A stretch of 64,000 nucleotides of DNA from Octopus vulgaris. Its lineage: Eukaryota. The stretch is taken from positions 86,738,001 through 86,802,000 of the forward strand of contig OX597821.1 of assembly GCA_951406725.2 (NCBI GenBank), given 5' to 3'. Shown piece by piece: positions 1 through 10,399 of this stretch (within the stretch, counting starts at the first letter, position 1; each line of letters begins with the position of its first letter). The notes below the pieces were generated by a model. The model made no database searches. It was not told the origin of the DNA and saw only the letters and a list, made by a program, of their open reading frames with translations. A program made the translations under genes and the position numbers.

Positions 1-266
1 AGAATAAAAAAATTTTTTAAATGACAGAAAGAAAGAAAAGGAAATTTATTTAAAAGAGAAAAAAAAAGTTAGAAAGAGACACAGAACGTGAGATATATAA
101 AGAGAAAGAGAAAGAGTGGGAAACAGCAGGAGAAAGACAGACTAAGAGAAAGAGTAAGAGGCAGAGAGAGAGAGAGTGACAAGAGTTGAAAAGAGAGAAA
201 GAGAAAGGGGGAAACAGGGAAGAGATGTGTAGGCGAGATGTTTAAGAAACAGAGAAGCAATTTAAC

Positions 267-576
<310 letters not shown>

Positions 577-929
577 ATAAACAAACAAAAAGTATCGATA
601 CCTTGCAAAATAATGAACATTAATAACCCTGGACATTCTTTGTCGGAATTATGACGCCATTTAACTTTAGTAAGAAGAAATTAATTGTTTGCTACACACA
701 CCAACTTCATGTTCAATCATTAAATCTCAATAGAACCATTTTGTAATTGGTTTAGACAAGTTTAAGCATGTTTTATATTTCTGTAGAACTAAAGTTTCCT
801 TTTTTTTCTTGTGTGTGTAAGGTCCTGACATACATAGATGAGTCGAAATACAAATATACATCTCTCTCTCTTTCCCTCTCTCTCTCTCTTATAAATAACC
901 ATCTGCTGCAAAAGCCTGTGATATATAAC

Positions 930-1700
930 TTAATAAAAAAAATAATGAAATTATTGTATACAGTGCTCAGGTGCACCACAACTTGTCAAAAGTGCATATA
1001 AAGCATATGCAGTAATGTACAAATGTCTGGAAAGCGAACAATGTATGAGTCGCATACATGCTTGTGTGTGTATGGAGGGGAGAAAATCAGGTGTAGTGTT
1101 GGTGAATCTCAGGAAGCATGGAAGTTTTGAAGGATGCCGTGCTCCGACAACTAACAACTGATGCCGGCAGTTTGTTCCATGCTTCAGCAACTCTCAGCGT
1201 GAAAAAATGTTTCCTAAAGTCATGGGAGCTGTGCTGTTTTCTGACTTTGTAAATATATCCACGGGTGTTAGATGGGTGGATTTTGAAAAGGTGCTCAGAG
1301 TTATTGTTTGTACAATGGTTAATAATTTTATGGGTGTCTGCCAAGTCAGCTGCCAGACGTCGGAGTTTCAATGTGTCCATGCCCAGGGAAGTAAGGCGTT
1401 CAGAATATGGCAAATGCCTGATGGAGGGTATTCTTTTGGTTGCACGTCGCTGAACGGCTTCCAGATGATTGATATCCTGGGCAAGATAGGGGTTCCAGAC
1501 CGGTGATGCAAATTCCAGGTGAGGTCTTACCATAGCTATATAAAGCCGCAGATAGATAGTCAGAGAGTGGCTCACAAAGGATTTGGTGAGTGATACCAAG
1601 ACACCCTCAACCTTCTTGACAATTTTAGCGATGTGTTTTGTCCAACGCAAATCACTGTCGACAATAACACCCAAGTCATGTTCACATGAAGACTTTTTGT
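930..1700 (-). mobile_element. 5'-truncated CR1/L2-type LINE: ORF2 C-terminus plus 3' UTR
   Basis: Minus ORF ending at 1087 reads DLGVIVDSDLRWTKHI..LYIAMVRPHLEFASPVWNPY..LEAVQRRATK..YSERL..LRR..TRG..FFTLRVAEAWNKLP, the typical post-RT region of CR1-group LINEs. Boundaries approximate. Confidence 0.9.
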
Positions 1701-1774
1701 AGCCAGAAAATCCCTGATGTACTAATATGCGAAATGGCAAGTGATTACTATATGTATGTGTTTGTGTGTGTGTG

Positions 1775-1819
<45 letters not shown>

Positions 1820-1839
1820 TATATATATATAAAAAATAT

Positions 1840-2159
1840 AATACAAAATGGGACAAGAATGCAAAACATCCGGACAATTAGATGATACAAGAAGGGACAA
1901 CAAAACATCCAGATAGACGATACAAAAAAAGCACGGAAGCCTTTTATCTTCAGTCAAGAACTGGATCATCCTTGCAATTTTGGCTGATTAATCTTGAGAT
2001 TGTTCCAATCTGGCCAGCCCCAAGGAAAAACTAAGCTAAGAGCATTAGATTCCTTGGAAAAAAGCATCGAATGTATACGAAACAAGGATGGAAAAAACAG
2101 ACGATGTTACACGAATATTAATACAAAAATACGTATAAAAAAAACAGGACATAACAACA

Positions 2160-2162
<3 letters not shown>
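1840..2162. mobile_element. ~320-bp non-coding interspersed element between (TA)n runs; related copies at 24918-25140 and 25895-26250 in opposite orientation
   Basis: Shares CCAATCTGGCCAGCCCCAAGGAAAAACTAAGCTAAGAGCATTAGATTCCTTGG and ACATCCAGATAGACGATACA with the reverse complement of the other copies. Confidence 0.8.
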
Positions 2163-2208
<46 letters not shown>

Positions 2209-2287
2209 TTGTGTGTATATACATATGTATATATATATATATGTATGTATGTATGTTTTTCTGTGCGTATCTATCTATCTATTTATC

Positions 2288-2330
<43 letters not shown>

Positions 2331-2422
2331 CATTCAAGAGAAATCTTCAGTAAAAAGATGGTAAGATAACACTTAAACCCGAAAGAAAGAAAAATGACCT
2401 CAATATTATGTAAATAGAGGAA

Positions 2423-2634
2423 ATTTATCTATAAAATAATATGTGACAATTACTCAATAGTCAAGATAAAACTCTGAGTTTCAGATGCCGAAGTGGAAAT
2501 CCACAACGCCATCTCTTTGGTTATCTGGCCAGATAACCAAAGAGATGGTGTTGTGGATTTCCACTTCGGCATTTGAAACTCAGAGTTTTATCTTGACTAT
2601 TGAGCAATTGTATCATATTATTTTATAGATAAAT
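2423..2634. repeat. 212-bp near-perfect spacerless palindrome carrying a degenerate hammerhead-like fold in each arm
   Basis: Symmetry centre TCTGG|CCAGA at 2528/2529; 106-bp arms with few mismatches. Confidence 0.92.
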
Positions 2635-2795
2635 ATATATATATAAGCATTAATAAATCTCCGAATGAGATGTAAACAGTAACCGCTTGACAACGTAAAG
2701 TGTACTAGCCATCTCAATGTGGCTAGCCACTGGGGGTGGGTGTTACTGAAGCTTTTAACCCCAGGAGATCATGTGTAGAATTCAGCCCCAGGAGA

Positions 2796-3207
2796 ACTCT
2801 TTACTCTTTTTCTCTTTTTACTTGTTTCAGTCATTTGACTGCGGCCATGCTGGAGCACCGCCTTTAGTCGAGCAACTCGACCCCGGGACTTATTCTTTGT
2901 AAGCCCAGTACTTATTCTATCGGTCTCTTTTGCCGAACCGCTAAGTGACGGGGACGTAAACACACCAGCATCGGTTGTCAAGCAATGCTAGGGGAACAAA
3001 CACAGACACACAAACATATTCACACACATACATATATATATACATATATACGACAGGCTTCTTTCAGTTTCCGTCTACCAAATCCACTCACAAGGCATTG
3101 GTCGGCCCGGGGCTATAGCAGAAGACACTTGCCCAAGATGCCACGCAGTGGGACTGAACCCGGAACCATGTGGTTGGTTAGCAAGCTACTTACCAAACAG
3201 CCACTCC
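2796..3207 (-). mobile_element. tRNA-derived SINE, family A
   Basis: Reverse complement of head GGAGTGGCTGT..GGTAAGTAGCTTGC..GGTTCAGTCCC (A/B-box-like), internal (TA/CA)n and AAAGAGT-type tail. TGTGTAGAATTCAG is duplicated at 2772-2785 and 3208-3221 (probable TSD). Confidence 0.9.
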
Positions 3208-3339
3208 TGTGTAGAATTCAGAGTTCCAACATGAATAGATGACGTGTGTGTGTTAGATTTCGGGATGGTAATTTTTTTTTTTTTGGCGAGTTAAACATAC
3301 ACACACTATTCATTTGATCTTTACTTTAATTGGAAGTAT

Positions 3340-3906
3340 GCTGTGCGTGAGAAGACCCGGCAGGACAAGTGAGACCATAACCCATGGCCTCTACATGGGA
3401 TGTAGCCAGTCCACTTATGCATACCTTTCCTTCTTGGGACACAAAACTCTACTTGTGAATACCTGTTGAGGCAAGTGAGAATCGAAATCGATCAACATCA
3501 ATGGAAATTGCAGCTGTGATACCAGTGCCGGTGGTACGTAAGAGAACCTTCTGAACGTGGCCGTTGCCAGCGCCGCCCCGACTGGCCTCGTGCCTAGTGG
3601 CACGTAAAAAGCACCATCCGATCGTGGCCATTGCCAGCCTCGCCTGGCCCCCGTGCCAGTGGCACGTAAGAGGCACCATCCGATCATGACCGTTTGCCAG
3701 ACTCGTCTGGCACCTGTGCGGGTGGCACATAAAAAGCACCCACTACACTCACGGAGTGGTTGGTGTTAGGAAGGGCATCCAGCCGTAGAAACACTGCCAG
3801 ATCAGACTGGGCCTGGTGCAGCCTTCTGGCTTCCCAGACCCCAGTTGAACCGTCCAACCCATGCTAGCATGGAAAGTGGACGCTAAACGATGATGATGAT
3901 GATGAT
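3340..3906 (+). mobile_element. Retroposon family D (SINE/LINE-tail type) ending in (GAT)n, with internal ~55-60-bp tandem subrepeats
   Basis: 3' end CCGTCCAACCCATGCTAGCATGGAAAGTGGACGCTAAACGATGATGAT; several copies in the window; repeated GGCACGTAAAAAGCACCATCCG units. Confidence 0.85.
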
Positions 3907-3928
3907 TTATTTTTAGATTTACATGTCT

Positions 3929-3971
3929 GTCAAAGTTCTTTTGTCACACATCCTGTGACCTCATCAGGGAC
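3929..3971 (-). ncRNA. Degenerate type I hammerhead ribozyme motif (G12A)
   Basis: Minus strand reads GTCC-CTGATGA-G-GTCACA-GGATG-TGTGAC-AAAA-GAAC-TT-TGAC. Stem II is 6 bp, GAAA reads AAAA, stem I has 3 of 4 pairs. Confidence 0.55.
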
Positions 3972-4277
3972 TCTCTATCCCATGTGTTCCTCCTCTTGTT
4001 CTTCTTATTCCATTTTGTCCTTCTGTAATAAGCAGGACAAGGGGAGACATATGGGACAGTCACTGATGAAGTCACAGAATGACAGACATGTAAAGTGAAA
4101 ATAATGCGAATAAAAACTAAAGTGAAGATCCAATAAATAATTCATGTGTTTAAGTGGCAAAAACTGAAAAGGACCATCCCCAAGTAAAGCAATATATATA
4201 TATATATATATATATATATTTCGTTTTGGGATTTGGTTTGCAAGATTCTTTATGTGAGTTTGTGTGTTGAAGCAAAT

Positions 4278-4425
4278 TCTGGAGAGAGTCATTTTCTTTT
4301 TGCGCCTTATAATCTAACACACTCACCGGTAAAATTTCCACTTATTTCTTATTTTTATTTTCCTAAAATTTTACCAGTGTGTGTGTTAAATTATAAGGCA
4401 CAAAAAGAAAATGACTCTCCCCAGA
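4278..4425. repeat. Inverted repeat, 60-bp arms with 28-bp spacer, between (TA)n runs
   Basis: 4278-4337 TCTGGAGAGAGTCATTTTCTTTTTGCGCC..GGTAAAATTT pairs with 4366-4425. Confidence 0.9.
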
Positions 4426-4433
4426 CACAACAG

Positions 4434-4482
<49 letters not shown>

Positions 4483-4649
4483 AGATAGGGGTTGTAAATT
4501 CAACCCTCCATGGGATAACATATATCCAATATACTGCTAGAGAAGTACCCAACAAAGCTAATACATAAATGTTAAGAATTGCGATGCAATTAATTCATTT
4601 ACTGTATTAGGTGGGCAAAGGTAAAATTATTTTTACCATAAATTAATAA

Positions 4650-4998
4650 TACAAAATGAGAAAATGGAAAAATATATCTAAATCATTCATCAACTATCAG
4701 ATAATACCGAATCATATACTTTATTAAAACACTACACAAGAGCATTAAGATTAGACATTAATACAGTACAATAATTACAATCAATATAATGAGATATAAC
4801 TAAATAAAATAACAAGATAGATTATTTTTATATCTTGTTATTTTATTTAGTTATATCTCATTATATTGATTGTAATTATTGTACTATATTAATGTCTAAT
4901 CTTAATGCTCTTGTGTAGTGTTTTAATAAAGTATATGATTCGGTATTATCTGATAGTTGATGAATGATTTAGATATATTTCTCCATTTTCTTATTTTG

Positions 4999-5000
<2 letters not shown>
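4650..5000. repeat. Long inverted repeat, 170-bp arms with 11-bp spacer, abutting (TA)n
   Basis: 4650-4819 is the near-exact reverse complement of 4831-5000. Confidence 0.93.
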
Positions 5001-5087
<87 letters not shown>

Positions 5088-5524
5088 GTATACATAAGCA
5101 ATTGCTTTGTTTTATCACTGTTGAGGATTCTACCTCTAGAATGTATGGTGACTGCTTCATCTTCACAGCTAATTGCCATTTCTTTTAACTTCCTTGTTGT
5201 CAATGGCATACTGACTTTCCAGCCATGACCTCTCAGTTGACTATTCAGATCTGCTGTAAATCTGCATAACTGTGCACTTCCAGCTGGCCAAGTCTACCCA
5301 CATCAACAATCTTCCATCATCATAGGACTTCAGTAGATGGAATTACAAATAAGGCCACCATAAAAAGACGTCCGTATGTAATTGGATTATAGTCATAAAA
5401 GTTTGTACAACACATAAATTAGTACTTAGTAATTAGTAATTAGTGTCAGGGTGAAGTAATATAACCCATAATCATATGAAACTGCGTGTTTTGTATCAGA
5501 GCAGTTTGATGGGTGGAGCAGTTT

Positions 5525-5850
5525 TTTATGGGAAACGATGCCCAACCCACCATATTCGCCGGATATTGCTCCATCTGATTATCATTTATTCTGTAGTCTT
5601 CAAAATCATTTGGATGGAGAAAAAATGAATTCTGTAGACGAGGTCAGAATTGTATTGGTGGAGTATTTTCCATCAAGGACAAGTGAATTGTGGAAGAAGG
5701 GCCTTGCAAGTTTACCAGAAAGATGGAAAAGCATTGTAGAAAATGAAGGAGAGTATATTTTAGAGTAGAAAAGAACTTTGTTGTTTATCTTAATTTTGAA
5801 AACTAAAAGAAGTATAAAAAAATCTGCATTATTTATGAGATGACCCAATA
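5525..5850 (+). mobile_element. Mariner transposon 3' fragment (transposase C-terminus plus TIR)
   Basis: PPYSPDIAPSDYHLF..L..RW..I.ENEGEY mariner motif; terminal ATTATTTATGAGATGACCCAATA matches the TIR of the 23757-25308 element. Confidence 0.9.
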
Positions 5851-6039
5851 TTTGAATCAGCATGGTCTGAATTTCCACCAGGACAAGATGAAATGCATAC
5901 AAATGGTTTAAGTACCACAGCACACAGGACTGTCCCTAGTTACACACAGAAGCTGTGTCTGGAGGGAACTCACAATTCCTGGAACTTCTTGATGACGCAA
6001 GCCTCAGTCTAACTCAGTGTAGGAGAACATTATCGAGTA

Positions 6040-6290
6040 AAATAGTCTCATGCGTAAGGGGAATTAGATGTAGTGTGCAAGAGAGAAGACTGCACTGGTT
6101 TGGTCATGTGATGTGGATGGATGTAGACAGCTTCATAAAGAAGTGTTGATCAAAATGGGTGGAAGTCATGGAAGAGGGAGACTGAGGAAGACATGGGATG
6201 AAGTACAAAATGATGATCTCAGGACAATGAACCTTATGGAGGAGATGACAAAAGACTGAGATGTTTAGCCCCTTGCCGTACTCAAGAAAA
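6040..6290 (+). mobile_element. RTE-type LINE 3' fragment
   Basis: RRLHWFGHVMWM followed by a GRGRLRKTWDEV-like motif, typical of the RTE ORF C-terminus; contains stops and frameshifts. Confidence 0.75.
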
Positions 6291-6359
6291 CCTGTTCTCC
6301 ATGGCAAAGGTGTTAATGCCACTCCTCTTACTGAAGAAGATCGGCCTGCAAGATCCATT

Positions 6360-6543
6360 TTCTGGTGTCACCATAAAAAGTACCCATGCTGGTGCCATGT
6401 AAAAAAGCACCCGACATACTCAGTAAAGTGGTTGGCACTTGGAAGGGCATCCAGATCAGTCTGGAGCCTGGTGCAGTGCTCCAGCTTGCCAACTTTGGTC
6501 AAATGGTCCAACCCATGTGAGCATGGAAAACAGAGGTTAAAGA

Positions 6544-6575
<32 letters not shown>

Positions 6576-6730
6576 ATATATATCATCACCATTATCATTT
6601 AACGTCTGCTTCCCATGCTGGCATGGGTTAAATGGTAAGCCAAAGGGTTGCACCAGGTTCCAGTCTGATTTCTATGCCAGGATGCCTTTCCTGATGCCAA
6701 CCACTCCAAGAGTGTAATGGGTGCTTACAC
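6360..6730. mobile_element. Two family-D 3' fragments tail-to-tail around (GAT)n/(CAT)n
   Basis: Plus copy ends TCCAACCCATG..GATGATGAT (~6572); minus copy starts CATCACCATTATCATTTAACGTC..CCATGCTGGCATGGG. Confidence 0.7.
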
Positions 6731-7317
6731 CAAAAGCATGTTTGGTTGGAGGGGAAGCCTGAGTTTGTTCAAAAGCTTTGTAGCTTGGTCTTTCCTCTTA
6801 TCCTTGATGGCTTGGGATAAAAATTGACCCTTTCTCATCTTGTATGAGAAATACCGAATGTCTTCATGCACCACCCGCCTAATAAGAAGCTCAGACACTC
6901 CCATGTCCCTGGTGATGGACCTGATTGACTTGGAGAGGTCGCTGTCAATCTTGGCCTAGATCTCACCCACAAATTCAGGAGATTTTTTCCGATCAGAGTG
7001 AGCTTTCCGAGCTGCTGTACCTTTGTTATCCCCATTAGATTCATCCAACCCTTTCCAATCCTCTGCACTGTTCTCAGATTGACACCCAAACACTCTGAAA
7101 TATTTGATTTGGAGCTTCTGGCATGAATGCCAAGCAGTACAGCATGTTGTTTCCAAATTTTTTGGTAGAGTAAATTGCGTCATGGTGCTGTATTTCTGAC
7201 AGACGGTGCCCAACTGACCCTACTATACTCTGTAGTCAACAAAATTAGAAACAAATAATGCACACGAGCGAAATTAAAATTATAAAATGGCAACAATTTA
7301 CCCATTGCATTTTGTAT
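6730..7317 (-). mobile_element. Tc1/mariner-superfamily (maT/DD37D-like) 5' fragment
   Basis: Minus strand encodes a frameshifted HTH region (GVNLRTVQRI.. then SITRDMGVSELLIRRVVHEDIRYFSYKMRKGQFLSQ); a putative TIR near 7290-7317 ends in TA. Confidence 0.65.
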
Positions 7318-7412
7318 ATATATGTATGTGTGTGTGTATGTGTGTGTCATCATCATCATTGTCATCATCATTTATATATATATGTGTGTGTGTATTTGTG
7401 TGTGCGTATGTA

Positions 7413-7450
<38 letters not shown>

Positions 7451-7709
7451 AAAAGATAAGTTCAAGTAGAACAATTCAAACTTTTTGGTGGGGTCCCAAA
7501 AGATAGATTACTAATAAAGATTATTCAAATAAAAGTAGAAGCTAGCTATGGCAAGCATTTAAAATGTGAAAATAACAAGTAAAAAGTTGGTTTTAGTCAT
7601 GTATAAGATAAAATCTTATATAAAAGCACAAGCAACATCTAGAAAATAGAGAAGAGAATTATATATTAAATTACAAACTAAAAGCAGCTCCAGTTATGTA
7701 GACATTATA

Positions 7710-7871
7710 GGTGCAGGAGTGGCTGTGTGGTAAGTAGCTTGCTTACCAACCACATGGTTTTGGGTTCAGTCCCACTGCGTGGCATCTTGGGCAAGTGTCT
7801 TCTGCTATAGCCTCGGGCCGACCAAAGCCTTGTGAATGGATTTGGTAGACGGAAACTGAAAGAAATGTATG

Positions 7872-7932
<61 letters not shown>

Positions 7933-8152
7933 ATATGTTTGTGTGTCTGTGTTTGTCCCCCTAGCATTGTTTGACAACCGATGCTGGTGTGTTTACGTCG
8001 CCGTCAGTTAGCGGTTCGGCGAAAGAGACCAATAGAATGAGTACTGGGCTTACAAAGAATAAGTCCCGGGGTCGAGTTGCTCGACTAAAGGCGGTGCTCC
8101 AGCATGGCCGCAGTCAAATGACTGAAGCAAGTAAAAGAGTAAAAGAGAGTAA
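7710..8152 (+). mobile_element. tRNA-derived SINE, family A
   Basis: GGAGTGGCTGTGTGGTAAGTAGCTTGC head, internal (TA)n, AAAAGAGT tail. Confidence 0.92.
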
Positions 8153-8458
8153 AATTATCAGTCACACATACACAGTGATGGTGTTTTGTTTAGCATCAGC
8201 AAATAGACTTTGAGATGATCTGAGTACATGGTATTGATGAGTCACAATAATGGTGAAATATTAGTACGTACCATTCTCGGTGATTCCAGGGTGAGGTTTT
8301 TCTCACCTGGTCTGTTGCATTCAGGTGTGCTTTAACAATCAGTATCATGTAGGTTGCTTTCCCAGAACACTATCCCACAGCAAGTTCAGCATATAAACAA
8401 AACACATAACTATGTATGTGTGGCCAGTAATGCATACATATACATACATACATACGTA

Positions 8459-8497
<39 letters not shown>

Positions 8498-8498
8498 A

Positions 8499-8726
8499 GG
8501 CAGCGAGCTGGCAGAAACGTTAGCACGGCGGGCAAAATGCTTAGCGGTATTTCATCTGCCGTTACGTTCTGAGTTCAATTTCCACCGAGGTCGACTTTGC
8601 CTTTCATCCTTTCAGGGTTGATAAATAAAGTACCAGTTTCGCACTGGGGTCGATGTAATCGACTTAATCCCTTTCTCTGTCCTTGTTTGTCCCCTCTATG
8701 TTTAGCCCCTTGTGGGTAGTAAAGAA

Positions 8727-8728
<2 letters not shown>
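8499..8728 (+). mobile_element. tRNA-derived SINE, family B
   Basis: GGCAGCGAGCTGGCAGAAACGTTAGC head; central GACTTTGCCTTTCATCCTTTC.GGG.TCGATAAA domain; several copies in the window. Confidence 0.88.
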
Positions 8729-8794
<66 letters not shown>

Positions 8795-8821
8795 TATATA
8801 TATATATATATATATATATAG

Positions 8822-9134
8822 GTGGAGGCACAATGGCCCAGTGGTTAGGGCAGCGGACTCACGGTCGTAGGATCATGGTTTCGATTCCAAGACCGGGGTG
8901 TTGTGAGTCTTTATTGAGTGAAAACACCTAAAGCTCCACGAGGCTCCGGCAGGGGGTGGTGGCGATCCCTGCTGTACACTTTCGTCACAACTTTCTCTCA
9001 CTCTTTCTTCTGTTGGCCTGCTTGCTTAGCCAGTGAGATGGCATCATTTGAAGGCTAAAACAATGCAAAGCGCATTGTGACCAGTGATGTGTAGCAACAT
9101 CTGATAGACTTGTCAGTCACGGTGGTCACGGTGA
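8822..9134 (+). mobile_element. tRNA-derived SINE, family C (3' variant 1)
   Basis: TGGCCCAGTGG A-box-like and GGTTTCGATTCC B-box-like motifs. Confidence 0.85.
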
Positions 9135-9145
9135 TATATATATAA

Positions 9146-9528
9146 TGGAAGCACTCCGTCGGTTACGACGATGAGGGTTCTGGTTGATCCGATCAACGGA
9201 ACAGCCTGCTCGTGAAATTAACGCGTAAGTGGCTGAGCACTCCACAGACATGTGTACCCTTAACACAGTTCTCAGGGATATTCAGCGTGACACAGAGAGT
9301 GACAAGGCCGGCCCTTTGAAATACAGGTACAACAGAAACAGGAAGTAAGAGTGAGAGAAAGTTGTGGTGAAAGAGTACAGCAGAGATCACCACCATCCCT
9401 GCCGGAGCCTCGTGGAGCTTTAGGTGTTTTCGCTCAATAAACACTCACAACGCTCGGTCTGGGAATCGAAACCGTGATCCTATGACCGCGAGTCCACTGC
9501 CCTAACCACTGGGCCATTGCGCCTCCAC
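9146..9528 (-). mobile_element. tRNA-derived SINE, family C (3' variant 2)
   Basis: Reverse complement of the same head as 8822; colinear with the copy at 26588-26955. Confidence 0.88.
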
Positions 9529-9529
9529 G

Positions 9530-9567
<38 letters not shown>

Positions 9568-9580
9568 TAGCCATTGGCAG

Positions 9581-9761
9581 ATGAATGTCACTACTAGTTT
9601 AACCCCAGGCACATTCTCCAGCAGCTGATTTCCAGTGCAAGCTCTGCACCCTTTATATATAATATATTGGTGTGATATATTTTATATAAAGGGTGCAGAG
9701 CTTGCACCGAAAACCAGGTGGTGATGAATCTGCCTGGGGTTAAACTAGTAGTACCATTCAT
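9581..9761. repeat. Imperfect fold-back (MITE-like hairpin)
   Basis: ACTACTAGTTTAACCCCAGGCA..GTGCAAGCTCTGCACCCTTTATATA pairs with TATATAAAGGGTGCAGAGCTTGCAC..TGCCTGGGGTTAAACTAGTAGT. Confidence 0.88.
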
Positions 9762-9971
9762 ATACCACTTTGATGTGGCTACTTGCTTCACTGTTTTGCT
9801 ACATGTTACTACTCTATCTCTTCTTGAGATTTTATAACTAGCTATTTTGCTTATATATATAAATATCACTGGGGGTGCCTCAGTCGAAATTTATAGAAAA
9901 ATAAAAGATGAAGACAAGTGTATGAACAATAAGCTGTTGAATTAGTTTGAGGCTTGGGAAAATGGAAAAGT

Positions 9972-10009
9972 CTTTTAACATTTCGAGCCTATGCTCTTCA
10001 ACAGAAAAG
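9972..10009 (-). ncRNA. Minimal Penelope-type hammerhead-like motif (A6U variant)
   Basis: Minus strand reads CTTTT-CTGTTGA-A-GAGC-ATAG-GCTC-GAAA-TG-TT-AAAAG; stem I 5 bp, stem II 4 bp. Confidence 0.55.
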
Positions 10010-10132
10010 AATAAGAGAAAATAAACAGAGAGAGATTGAAAAAAAAAACTTGTTGATTTCAGTGGTCCAGCATGGCAAATATATATATATATATATGTGT
10101 ATATATATTAAAAATGGGGAAGGCTGGTTTAT

Positions 10133-10191
10133 GGGATTACATTGTTTCCCATCCATAGATAGTTTAGCTTTATGGTGTATCATCAAATCCC
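10133..10191 (-). ncRNA. Type I hammerhead-like motif (C3U) in the left arm of hairpin 10102-10283
   Basis: Minus strand reads GGGAT-TTGATGA-TACACCATA..TATGGATGG-GAAA-CAATG-TA-ATCCC; perfect 5-bp stem I and GUA triplet. Confidence 0.6.
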
Positions 10192-10341
10192 CAAAACCTG
10201 ACGATATGCCATAAAGCTAAACCCGTTATGGATTAGAAACCTATGGTAATCCTGTAAACTAGCCTTTCTCATTTTTAATATATACTGCTTTACATCTTAG
10301 TGTGTGCTTCTTCTTTTGGATTTATAATTTTTACAAATGAC

Positions 10342-10388
<47 letters not shown>

Positions 10389-10399
10389 TATATATTGGT

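Noticed and set aside
5100-5400. Coding-like composition on the minus strand
   Set aside because: Multiple stops and no recognisable motif; left unannotated.
7710-7790. tRNA genes at SINE heads (also 8822, 26588 and others)
   Set aside because: A/B-box-like motifs continue into SINE bodies; no complete cloverleaf could be built.
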